Origin: an uncultured Holophagales bacterium
Lineage (GTDB): Bacteria > Acidobacteriota > Thermoanaerobaculia > Multivoradales > UBA5704
Reading direction: 5' to 3'
Assembly (NCBI GenBank): GCA_963842525.1
Contig: CAWJGT010000003.1
Span: 416,001 to 480,000, forward strand
Length of the DNA stretch: 64,000 nt
The position numbers and the translations under genes are program-made. The notes under the pieces were generated by a model. It was not told where the DNA came from, did no database searches, and saw nothing but the letters and a program-made list of their open reading frames with translations. Positions 11,901 to 23,600 of this stretch are shown here, piece by piece (positions within the stretch are counted from its first letter, which is position 1; each line of letters opens with the position of its first letter).

Positions 11901-14900
11901 CGATCGGCGTCGAGGTCCCGTTGCAGGATCTCCTTGCCCGCCCGACGATCGCGGGGATGGCGGCGCTGGTCGCCGAGCGGGCGGCGGTGGGGCCCATCGG
12001 CCCCGGCTCCGCTCTCGGTGCGGCCCGCCTCCTGCCGCGGCTCGTCCCGGACCCCGACCGCAGGTCTGAGCCGTTCCCTCTGACCGACCTCCAGCAGGCC
12101 TACTGGATCGGCCGCAGCGGGGACGTGGCACTGGGCGGCGTGTCGACTCACGTCTACCTCGAGATCGACGCTCTCGGGCTGGACGTGGGCCGGCTGAATC
12201 GCGCGCTGGTGCGGCTGATCGGGCACCACGGGATGCTGCGGGGCATCGTCCTGGCGGACGGTACGCAACGCATCCTCCCGGAGGTGCCTCTCTATCGCAT
12301 CGGGGTGCTCGACCTGCGCGGAGTGACTTGGGATGGGGATGGGGCCGGCGCCGCGCCCGGCCTGGAGCAGGTCCGCCGGCGGATGTCCCATCAGGTCCTG
12401 CCGAGCGATCGTTGGCCGCTGTTCGAGGTGCGGGCGAGCCTGCTGGGCCACGGCCGGGTACGGCTGCACATCAGCTTCGACTTCCTGATCGGCGACGCCT
12501 GGAGCTGGCGGCTCCTGGTGAGCGATCTCGCCCGCCTGTACCGGGATCCGGAGGCGCAGCTCCCGGAGCTCGCCATCTCGTTCCGCGAGTATGTCCTCGC
12601 CGAGCTGGCGCTCCAGGAGGGCGAGCTCTACCGGGCCGCGCTCGCGTATTGGCGCGAGCGCTTGGCGGACCTCCCGGGACCCCCGGAGCTGCCGCAGGAC
12701 GGGCCGGGCCCGCTCCCCGCGGGCTCCCGTTTCACGCGCCGCGGGGCTCGCCTCGAGAAGGAGCTTTGGGACCGGCTCAAGGCGCTGGCGCGCCGGCGCG
12801 GGCTCACCCCGTCCGGCGTCCTGGCGGCCGCCTTTTGCGAGGCTCTCGCCGCGTGGAGCAAGAGCCCGCGGTTCACCTTGAACCTCACCATTTTCAACCG
12901 GCTCCCCCTGCACCCCGAGGTCAACCGGCTGGTCGGGGACTTCACCTCCGTGCTCCTCCTTGCGGTGGACGGCTCGGCAGCCGGCCGGTTCGAAGAGCGT
13001 GCCCGTCTCGTGCAAGGCCGTCTCTGGGAGGCGTTGGAGCACCGCTCCGTGAGCGGCGTCCGCATCCTGCGCGAGCTGGCGCGGTCGCGTGGTTCCGGTC
13101 CGGCGCCGGCGCTGCCCGTGGTGTTCACCAGCATCCTGAACCTCGACGCGGGTGCCGGCGCGGAGCCGGCGTTCGTCGGGGACCTGCCGCGCAGCGAGGT
13201 GGTGTACGGCATCTCACAGACGCCGCAGGTCCTCCTCGATCACCAGGTCAGCGAGTCCGCGGGCACCCTGTTCTACAACTGGGACGCCGTGGATGCGGCG
13301 TTCCCTCCCGGCCTCCTGGACGACATGTTCGCCGCCTACCGGGTGCTGCTCGAACGCCTGGCGGCAGGAGAGGAGGCGTGGCTGGAGGAGTCGCCTCTCG
13401 CGCCGCCGCTGCCATTTCCCGTCCCTGCCTCGCCAGCACTGATGGAGCCCGCACGGCTGGAGTCGCTGTTCGCACGCCAGGTGGCGCGGCACGCCGGCCG
13501 GCCGGCGGTCATCGGTACGGACCGCGTGCTGACCTATGCAGAATTGGACCGCCGCGCGAGCTGCCTGGCGCACCGCCTCTGCGCGCTGGAAGTGAGCCGT
13601 GACCGACTGATCGCGGTCGTGATGGAGAAGGGCTGGGAGCAGGTCGTCGCCGTGCTGGCGATCCTGCGCGCGGGCGCGGCCTATCTGCCGATCGACGCCG
13701 GGCTGCCGCCGGAGCGGCTGCACAGTCTGCTGGCCGAAAGCACGCTGGCGATCACCCAGGCCCGGCTGGAGAAGGCACTCGGCTGGCCGGAGGGCCTCGT
13801 GCTCCTGTCCGTCGCCGAAGAGGAGGAGCAGGGCGCGGCCGAGCCGCCGCGGATCGAGGGCCGTCCCGAGGATCTGGCCTACGTCATCTTCACCTCCGGC
13901 TCGACCGGGACGCCCAAGGGGGTGATGATCGAGCACCGCGCGGCGGTCAATACGGTGCTCGACATCAACCGGCGCTTCGGCGTCGGGCCCGGCGATCGCG
14001 TCCTCGGGCTCTCGTCCTTGAGCTTCGACCTCTCGGTCTACGACATCTTCGGACCGCTCGCGGCCGGCGGCGCACTCGTGCTGCCCGAGCCGTCGGCGGC
14101 CCGCGAGCCGGCGCGCTGGACGGAGATGCTGGCCGGCCAGCGCGTCACCGTCTGGAATTCGGTCCCGGCGCTGCTGGACATGCTGATCGAGCATCTGGGC
14201 CAGCGCGGGGAGCCGCTACCGGACCTCCTGCGGCTGGTGCTGCTCTCCGGCGACTGGATCCCCGTCAGCCTGCCCGACCGGGTGCGGGCGGCGGCGCCCG
14301 GCGGAGTCCAGGTGGTCAGCCTGGGAGGTGCCACGGAAGCCGCCATCTGGTCGGTCCTCTATCCGATCGGCGATGTCGATCCGGCCTGGTCGAGCATCCC
14401 CTATGGCCGTCCGATGGAGGGCCAGCAGCTCCATGTGCTCGACGGCAGGCGACAGCCGCGGCCGGTCTGGGCGGTGGGGGAGCTCTACATCGGCGGGGCC
14501 GGAGTGGCGCGCGGCTACTGGCAGGACGAGGCGAAGACGGAGGCGGCTTTCGTCCGGCATCCGCGTACCGGCGAGCGGCTCTACCGGACGGGGGACCTGG
14601 GGCGGTGGCTCCCCGACGGCAAGATCGAGCTGCTCGGACGCGAGGACGCGCAGGTCAAGATCCAGGGTTTCCGCATTGAGCTCGGAGAGATCGAGGCGGC
14701 GCTCGCCCGGCACCCGTCGGTCGCTGCCTGCGCCGTGGTCGCGGCAGGCGAGCGCACCCGCCAGCGGCTGGTCGGATATGTGGTGGCGGCCGATGCCGGC
14801 ACGCCTGTGGATACGGACGACCTCAAGAGCTTTCTCGCCGCCTGCCTGCCTGCCTATATGGTCCCGGCCGCGTTCATCCATCTGCCGCTGCTGCCGCTCA

Positions 14901-17630
14901 CCGGCAACGGCAAGGTGGACAGAGCCGCCCTGCCGGCGCCCGAGCTGCGGCCCGCCGGCTCGTTCGTGCCCCCCGCAACTTCGGCCGAGCAGGCGCTGGC
15001 CGAGATCTGGCGCGAGCTCCCTGGGCGCCGAACGGGTGGGCTCCGCCGACAACTTCTTCGCGCTCGGCGGCGATTCGGTCCTGAGCCTCCAGGTGGTCGG
15101 CAGGGCGGCGCGCGCAGGGCTCCATCTGACCGCGAGCCAGGTCTTCCAGCAGCAGACGCTCGGCGAGCTCGCCGCTGCGGCCGCCGCCGCCCCGTCCGAC
15201 GACGGACCGGTGCCGGTCCCGCGCGACCGCGACCTGCCTCTCTCCTACGCCCAGGAGAGGCTGTGGTTCCTCGATCAGTTGGCCGATGGCAGCGCCGTCT
15301 ACAACATCCCCAGCGCGGTGCGCCTCGCAGGACCGTTCAATATGGCGGTGCTCGCGCGCAGCCTGAACGAGGTGGTGCGGCGCCACGAGGCTCTGAGGAC
15401 GACCTTTCCGGAGGCCGGCGGGCGGGCGCGCCAGGTGATCGCCGGCTCCCTGCGTGTGGCGATCCCGGTTATCGACCTGCGGCGGCTGCCCGCGAGCGGC
15501 CGGAGCGAGGAGGTCGAGCGGCAGGCGCTGGCGGCAGGGCTCTATCCCTTCCGCCTCGGCAGCGAACCGCTGCTGCGCGCGGTCCTGCTACGGCTGGACG
15601 CCGAGGAGCACGTGCTGCTGTTCACCATTGCGCACATCGCCAGCGACGGCTGGTCGATGGCTCTGCTGGTGCGCGAGGTCGCGACGCTCTATGCCGCGTT
15701 CACGGCCGGTCGCCCCTCGCCGCTGCCGGAGCTGCCCTTGCAGTACGCCGATTTCGCGGTGTGGCAGCGCCGGTGGCTGCAGGGGGACGCCGCGGCGCAG
15801 CGTCTCGCCTACTGGACGCGGCGGCTCGCCGGCTCCGCCTCCCTCGAGCTCCCGGCCGATCGCCCGCGTCCGCAGCGCGCCACGTTCCGCGGCGCCAGCA
15901 GGAGCTTCGACCTGCTGCCCGCGCTCGCCCGGGAGGTGAGGGCCCTGGGCGCGCAGCAGGGGACCACCCTGTTCATGACCCTGCTCGCTGCCTACGGTGC
16001 ATTGCTCCACGTGCTCTCCGGCCAGAACGACGTCGCAATCGGGACCGATGTGGCGGAACGCAGCCGTCCGGAGATCGAAGGGCTGATCGGATTCTTCGTC
16101 AATCAGCTCGTCCTGCGCCTGGACCTCGGCGGCGATCCCACGTTTGCCGAGCTGCTGCAGCGGACCCGCGCCATCGCGCTCGAGGCGTTCGATCATCAGG
16201 GCATCCCCTTCCAGCACCTGGTGGAAGCCCTCAAGCCGCCGCGGCGCCCCGGCCGGCAGCCTTTCTTCCAGGTCAAGCTCGTCCTGCAGGCAGCCCCGGG
16301 GGACGACCGGCCTCCGGAGGAAGGGGACGGGCCGGGCCTGCGCGTGAGCGCCCTCGACCTGGAGTATGGGATCACGCAACTGGACCTCATCCTCTTCGTC
16401 TGGGAGCGCGGCCAGGACCTGCGATGCACTCTTCAATATGCGCGCGACCTGTTCCTGCCGGCGACGATCGACCGGATGATCAGGTTCTTCGTCAGGTCGC
16501 TCGAGCGCGCGGTCGCCGAGCCGACGACCCGGCTCAGCGCCCTCGGCGCCGAGCTCGAAAACGTGGACCTGGAAACCAGAGCCAAGGAGACAACGATGCA
16601 ACAGGGACCCAGCAAGTTCAAATCCATCAAGCCGAAAGCGGTCAACCTCTCGCAGCGGCCGGTCGTGTCGCTGGAGCCGCACGGCGACAAGGGGCTGCCG
16701 CTGGTCGTGCAACCGGCGGCCGAGAACGTGGACCTGGCCGACTGGGCCGCGCACAACGGACAGCTCCTCGAAGACAAGCTGACGCAGCATGGGGCGGTCC
16801 TCTTCCGCGGTTTCGAGATCGACTCGCCGCCGGTGTTCGAGCGCTTCGCGGGGGCCATCTGCCGCGAGTTCTTCAGCGAAAACGGCGAGCACCCCAGGAC
16901 CTCAGTCAGCGGCAACGTCTATACGCCGGTCTTCTATCCGCCCGAAAAGCAGCTCCTGTGGCACAACGAGAACTCCTTCAACCATCGTTGGCCGCGCAAG
17001 ATCTGGTTCGGCTGTGCGCGGCCCGCCGACACCGGCGGCGAGACGCCGGTCGTCGACAGCCGCCAGGTCTACCAGCGCATCAGCCCGGCCCTGCGAGAGA
17101 AGTTCGCTTCCCGGAAAGTGATGTATGTGCGCAACTATGGCGGCGGGCTCGGGCTCGACTGGCAGACGGTGTTCCAGACCGACGACAAGGCCAGGGTGGA
17201 GCAGGTCTGCCGTGACAACCGGCTCGAGGCCGAGTGGAAGGACGGCGACCGCCTGCGCACGCGTTGCGTCAGACCGGCGGTGGTGAAACATCCCCTGACC
17301 GGCGAGATGGTGTGGTTCAACCAGGCCCAGCACTGGCATGTCTCCTGCCTCGATCCGGCCACCCGCGAATCCATCTCGACGCTCTTTGCGGAGGAGGACT
17401 TTCCCAGGGCCTGCTACTACGGGGACGGCTCGCCGATCGAGGACGCGGAGATGCGGGAGATTCTGGACGTCTACCGGGGCCTGGAGGTCAGCTTCCCCTG
17501 GCAGCGCGGCGACGTGATGCTGGTCGACAACCTGCTGGCCGCCCACGGCCGCAACGCCTTCGCCGGTGAGCGCAAGATCATGGTGGTGATGGGCGACATG
17601 ATGAGTTTCGACGAGGTCGAGTGCTCGTGA
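8963..17630 (+). CDS. Hybrid PKS-NRPS: KS-AT(malonyl)-ACP-Cy-A(Cys)-T-C-TauD/SyrP hydroxylase, with an apparent +1 frameshift at ~15020
   Basis: ATG 8963 overlaps the upstream stop (ATGAGTGA), with GGAG upstream. KS: TACSTS, HGTAT, KTNFGHL. AT: GHSVG and HAFHS. ACP: GGHSL. Cy: DFLIGD. A code DLYNLSLIWK. Homology moves from ORF 8945..17215 to ORF 14328..17630 at gag ctc c ctg ggc. Then follow T (GGDSV), C (AHIASDGWS) and a TauD domain (WHNE...AHGR). Confidence 0.9.
16596..17630 (+). other. SyrP/TauD-family Fe(II)/2-oxoglutarate beta-hydroxylase domain (344 aa), fused in frame but with its own RBS and ATG
   Basis: Motifs [18 protein letters not shown] (HxE), [19 protein letters not shown] and [18 protein letters not shown] at 16584-16589 precedes an in-frame ATG at 16596. 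Confidence 0.88.
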
Positions 17631-17649
17631 GCCGGGGCGCGGATAGGGG

Positions 17650-20600
17650 ATGAGCATGGAGATCGAGGGCTACCGGCTCTCGCCGCAGCAGAAGCGCCTG
17701 TGGGCGCGGACTGCCGGCGGTCCGGCCTTGTGCAGCCAGTGCGGGATCCTGATCGAGGGGGAGGTGAGCCCGGACGGGCTTGCCAGGGCGTTCGCCGCCC
17801 TTGTCGAGCGCCATCAGATCCTGCGTACGGCGTTCCTGCGTCAGCCCGGAATCCGCTTCCCCCTGCAGGTCATCGCCGCAGGAGACGCACCGCGCTGGCG
17901 CGCGGTCGACCTGAGCGCCGATCCGGAGCCGGAGCGACAGGCCCGGCTCGGCGAGCTGCTGCGCGCCCAGGCCGGCACGGGCCGCGATCTGGAGAGCGGG
18001 CGCGCCGTCGACGGGGTGCTCGTCCGGCTGTCGGCCGGCCGTCACGCTCTGCTGGTCGGCTTGCCCGCACTGTGTGCGGACGGCCGCACGCTCGCCAACC
18101 TGATGCGCGAGCTCGGACGGTTGTACGCGGTCTGCCTGGACGGCGGACCCGAGCCGGAGGAGCCGGTCCAGTACGTCCAGTTCTCCGAATGGCTCTACGA
18201 GCTGGATCCCGAGGAGGCCCGCGGCGCCAGATATTGGGACGAGCAGGATCTGGCCGCGTCTCCGCCGCCCGCCATCCCCTTCGGCGAGCGCCGGGCGGGG
18301 GGCGTCTTCTCTCCCACCGGCGTTACCGTGCCGCTCGACCCCGGCCTCACCGCACGGTTGCGCGGTCTGGCCGCGACGTGCCGCGCCGCGCCGGCCGACG
18401 TCCTCATGGCCGGCTGGCTGGCGCTGCTCTGGCGGCTCACCGGCCGGCCGCAGCTCGTCGTAGCGCGCCTCTGCGAAGGCAGGAAGGACGAGGAGCTGCA
18501 GGACGCCCTCGGCCTCTTCGCGCGGTTCCTGCCGCTGCGTTGCACCCTCGACGGCAGCGGCCCGTTCTCCGCTCTGGTCCGCCAGCTTCGCGACGCCGGG
18601 AAGCTGGCCGTCCGCTGGGAGGAGCTCTTCGCCCGGCAGGAGGCCGCGGACGGCGCCGGCGAGCCGCCGGTGGCCGCGGCCTTCGAGTGGCAGGAGGAGC
18701 CCGAGCCGTTCGCCGCTGCAGGGGTCGATTTTTCGCTCTTCCACCGCGATGCCTGTTTCGAGCCGTTCGAGGTCAAGCTCGCCTGCCGCGAGCGACAGGG
18801 TGCATTCACAGCCGAGCTTCTGGTTCGACGGCAGCCTCTTTGCGGCCGGCGACATGGAGCGTCTGGCCGGCCGGCTTCTCGCCGTGCTGCGCAGCACTGC
18901 GGCGGATCCCGAGGCTCGCCTCGACGACCTGGAGGCGGTCGGCGACGCCGAGCGGCAGGCGCTGCTGGTGGGCTTCAACTCCACGCAGTCGCCCTCGCCG
19001 CAGGGGCGGTGCGTCCATCACCTCTTCGCAGAGCAGGTCGCGCGCACGCCGGACGCAATCGCCGTGGTCGGTGGCGAGGAGCGCCTGACCTTCCGGGAGC
19101 TCGGCCGCCGCGCCGGCTGGCTCGCCCGCTGGCTGCGCGGCCGCTCTGTCGGTCCGGACGTGCCGGTGGCGCTCGCCGCCGCGCGCTCGCCGGAGATGCT
19201 GATCGCCGTGCTCGGCATTCTCGAGGCCGGTGGCGCCTACGTGCCGGTCGACCCGACTTCCCCGGCGGAGCGCATCTCCTTCGTGCTGGAGCAGAGCCGG
19301 GCGGCCCTGCTGCTGGCGGAGCTCCGGTTGCTCGCGGCGCTGCCGGACGGCGGAGTGGAGGTCGTGGACCTCGATGTGGCCCTCGAGCAGGCGGCAGAGG
19401 GTACCGGAGGCGCGGGCGGCGGAGCCGTCCCGGAAAGCCTTGCCTACGTCCTCTACACCTCTGGCTCGACCGGTGTTCCCAAGGGGGTGATGGTCACTCA
19501 CCAGGGGCTCTGCAACTATCTTACGTGGGCTTGCGAGGCCTACTTGGACGGTAGCGGCCGTGGGGCGCCCCTGCATTCGCCGCTCGGCTTCGATCTGACG
19601 GTGACGAGCCTGTTTGGGCCGCTGCTCGCAGGCGTTCCGGTGGTTGTGATTCCGGAGGAGGGGCCGGGAGCGCTCGTCGAGCCGCTGGCCGCGGGCGAGC
19701 CTTTCGCCCTCGTCAAGGCGACGCCGGCCCATCTGGAGGTCCTCAACCGCCTGCTGCCACCGGAGGCTTTCGCCACCGCGACGCGGGTGCTCGTCGTCGG
19801 CGGCGAGGCGTTCCGCGGCGAAACCGTCCGGCCCTGGGGCGCCGCACCTACCGCGGTCCGGATCGTCAACGAATACGGGCCCACCGAGACCGTCGTGGGA
19901 TGTTGCGTCTATGAGCTCCCGGCCGGAGCCCCAATCGCCAGCAACGTGCCCATTGGCAAGCCGATCGCCAATACGCAGATCTATCTGGTCAACCCCCGTG
20001 GCCGCATCGTCCCGGCCGGTGTGGCGGGAGAGCTCCTGATCGGCGGCGCCGGCCTGGCGCGCGGCTATCTCGGCCAGCCCTCGCTGACGGCGGAGAGGTT
20101 CGTCCCCGATCCGTTTGGAGGCGCGCCCGGTGGGCGGCTCTACCGCTCCGGAGACCTGGCGCTCCTGCGCTGGGATGGAGAGCTCGAGTACCTGGGCCGG
20201 ATCGACCGGCAGGTGAAGGTCCGCGGCTTCCGCATCGAGCTGGAGGAGATCGAAGCGGTGCTGGGACAGCACGCGGCCGTGCGGGAGGCGGTCGTGCTGG
20301 CGCGCGAGGACGTGCCGGGCGACCGGAGGCTCGTGGCCTACGTGGTAGGAGCGGATGGCGGGGCGCGGGAGGCCGGCCTTCTGCGCGAGCACCTGGGACG
20401 GAAGCTGCCGGACTACATGCTGCCTGCGGCATGGGTGTGGCTGGAGTCCATGCCACTGACCCCCAACGGCAAGGTCGACCGGCGGGCGCTGCCGCCGCCG
20501 GACGAGGTGGGCGGCACCGGGGGCGCCGCGGCTCATGAGCTGAGTCCGGTCGAAGAGATGGTGGCAGGCGTCTGGTGCGAGGTATTGGGCCGGGGGCGGG

Positions 20601-23600
20601 TCGGGGCCGACGACGACTTCTTCCAGATCGGCGGCCACTCGCTGCTGGCCACGCAGGTGATGTTCCGCTTGAGCCAGATCTTCGGAATCAGGCTACCGGT
20701 CAACCAACTGTTCGAAACACCGACGGTAGGGGGGCTCGCGGGCCAGATCGAAGCACACCTGCGGCAGCAGATCGGCCCGGTGCCACCCCTCGTGCCGGCC
20801 GGCAGGGAGGGAGAGCTGCCCCTCTCCTTCGCCCAGGAACGGCTCTGGTTCCTCGACCGGCTGCAGGCGGGGCCGCCGGTCTACAACGTCCCCATCGCCC
20901 TGCGTCTCTCCGGTGCGCTGGACGTATGCGCCCTGGAGGCAAGCCTCGGGGAGGTCGTCCGCCGCCACGAGGTGCTGCGCACCGCCTATCCCGAGGTCGC
21001 GGGGCGGCCGGTGCAACGAATCCTGCAGCCCGGCCGCAGCCTGCCGCTGGTAGATCTGAGCGGGCTTGCTCCGGGCCAGCGCGAGCCGGAGGCGCGGCGC
21101 CTCGCCCGGCGGGAGGCGCTCTCCGGATTTGACTTGGCGCGCGGGCCGGTGCTGCGCACGACCGTCGTGCGGCTGGCAGAAGCGGAGCACCTCCTCCTGC
21201 TCACCGTCCACCACATCGCGAGCGACGGCTTCTCGCTGCAGATCCTGATCCGCGAGGCGGCAGCGCTCTATGGCGCCTTTGTTGCGGGGAGGCCGTCCCC
21301 CCTCCCCGATCTGCCGGTCCAGTACGCCGACTTCGCCAGGTGGCAGCGGCACCTGCTGACCGGTGAAGCGCTCGACCGCGAGCTCGACTACTGGCGCGAC
21401 CGGCTTTCCGGAGCCCCATCTTCTCTCGACTTGCCGACTGACCGGCCGCGTCCGCCGATCCCGAGCTACCGTGGCGCCGAAGAGCCATGGGCGCTCTCCC
21501 CGGTTCTGTCACTCGCGCTCGAAGAAGGGGCGCGGCGCCACGGCGCGACGCTGTTCATGGTCCTCGTCGCAGCGTTTCAGGTGCTGCTGGCGCGGTACGC
21601 GGATCAGGAAGAGGTGCTGCTGGGCACCGCCGTTGCCGGCCGGGTACACCCAGAGACGGAAGGGCTCATCGGCTGCTTCGTCAATATGCTGGTTCTGCGC
21701 GCCGCCGTGGGCGACGCGCCGTCGTTCACCGGCTTCCTGGCGCGTGTGCGAGAGGCCGCGCTCGGGGCGTACGCGCACCAGGAGCTGCCCTTCGAGCGTC
21801 TGGTGGAGGAGCTGCGGCCGGAGCGTGACCTCAGCCGGTCCCCCCTGTTCCAGGCCATGCTCGTGCTGGAGCGGGTGCCGCCGGAGACCCCCGGGATCCC
21901 GGGCCTGCTCCTGGCCTCCGAGCCCGTGGGGGCCGCGGTCGCCCGTTTCGAGTGGACGCTGTGGGCGTTCGCCGCCGGTGAGAGGATCCAGGGGACCCTT
22001 GAATACGCCACCGATCTGTTCGATCGGGCGACGGTCCGGCGTGCGGTCGGCCACCTGGGGAGCGTCCTGGCCGCCGCGGCGTCCGATCCGGAGCGCCCGG
22101 TGCGCGAGCTGCTGCTCCTCTCCGCCGCCGAGCGGCAGCAGATCGCGTGGGAGTGGAACGACACCGGCGGCCGTGCGGTGCCCCTGCCGATGCCGCAGGC
22201 ATTTGAGGCGCTCGCCGCGAGCGAGCCCGACCGGGTGGCGATCGAGCTGGCCGGCCTCTGTCTGACCTATAGCGAGCTCGACCGCCGCGCGGCGCGCCTG
22301 GCCGGCCGTCTGCGGGCGCTGGGCGCCGGCGCCGGAGCCCATGTGGGGATCGTCGGGGTCTGCCTCGAACGGTCGCCGCGGCTCCCCCTGGCTCTTCTCG
22401 GCGTGCTCAAGGCCGGCGGCGCATACCTGCCTCTCGATCCCTCCCACCCGCCGGAGCGCCTGCAGCTCATGCTGGACGACTCGGGCGCCGCGATCGTGGT
22501 GACGGAGGAGGCGCTCGCATCCCGGTTCGCAGGCTCCGGCGCCGCACTGCTGGACCTCGACCGCGACGATGCCACGCCTGAGCCGGAGGAGAGCCGGGGC
22601 TGCGGTCCCTCCCCGGACGACCGGGCTTATGTGATCTACACCTCGGGCTCGACCGGCCGTCCCAAAGGGGTCGAGGTCTGCCATGGCTCTCTCGCCAACT
22701 TCCTCGGCTCGATGCGCCGCCGGCCCGGTCTCGATGCGAAAGACCGGCTGCTCGCGGTGACCTCGCCGTCCTTCGATATCACCGCGCTCGAGCTCTACCT
22801 GCCGCTCGCCGTCGGCGCCCGGATCGTCCTGGCGTCGCGCGAGGAGGCGATGGACGGCCGGCTCCTGGCTGCGGCCTGGGAGCGCGCCCAGGCCACAGTG
22901 CTGCAGGCGACGCCCGCCACCTGGGCCCTGCTGACCGCCGCCGGCTGGCCCGGCGCGTCCGCCGGCATGGCGCTGTGCGGCGGCGAGGAGCTGGGGCCTG
23001 CCCTTGCCGAGGCCCTGGCGCGCCGGGGGCCCGCCTGGAACCTCTACGGACCGACCGAGACGACGGTATGGTCGACCGTGGCGCGCGTCGAGCCGGCATC
23101 GGCGGATCGTCCGGTTTCCATCGGCCGGCCAATCGCCAACACCGAGGTCCACGTCGTGGACGCGGATCTCTCGTCCCTCCCGGTCGGCCTCCGCGGTGAG
23201 CTGGTCATCGGCGGGGACGGCGTGGCCCGTGGCTATCTGGGCCGCCCGGATCTGACTGCCGAGCGCTTCGTGCCAGACTCTTTCAGCCAGCGTCCAGGAG
23301 CACGTCTCTACCGCACCGGCGATATGGCGCGCTGGCGTCCCGACGGGACGCTCGCCTTCGCCGGACGACGTGACCACCAGGTCAAGCTGCGGGGGCACCG
23401 CATCGAGCTCGGCGAGATCGAGGCGGCGCTCGCGGCCTGCCCCGGAGTCCGTGAGGCGGTGGCGGTAGCGCAAGGAGAGGGGAGCGAACGGCGGCTCGTG
23501 GCCTACGTCGCGGGCGGCGGTGCGCCGGTCGCCGCGGTGGCGGTGCGCGCTGCTCTCGCGGGCAGGCTGCCGGCGGTCATGCTGCCCGAGGTCGTCGTCC

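Noticed and set aside
15022-17215. C-terminal ~730 aa of track ORF 8945..17215
   Set aside because: Arg/Pro/Ala-rich out-of-frame read-through after the frameshift; the real domains are in frame 14328..17630.
18821-19554. C-terminal part of track ORF 17650..19554 as a standalone protein tail
   Set aside because: Out-of-frame read-through; homology continues in frame 18749..29950.
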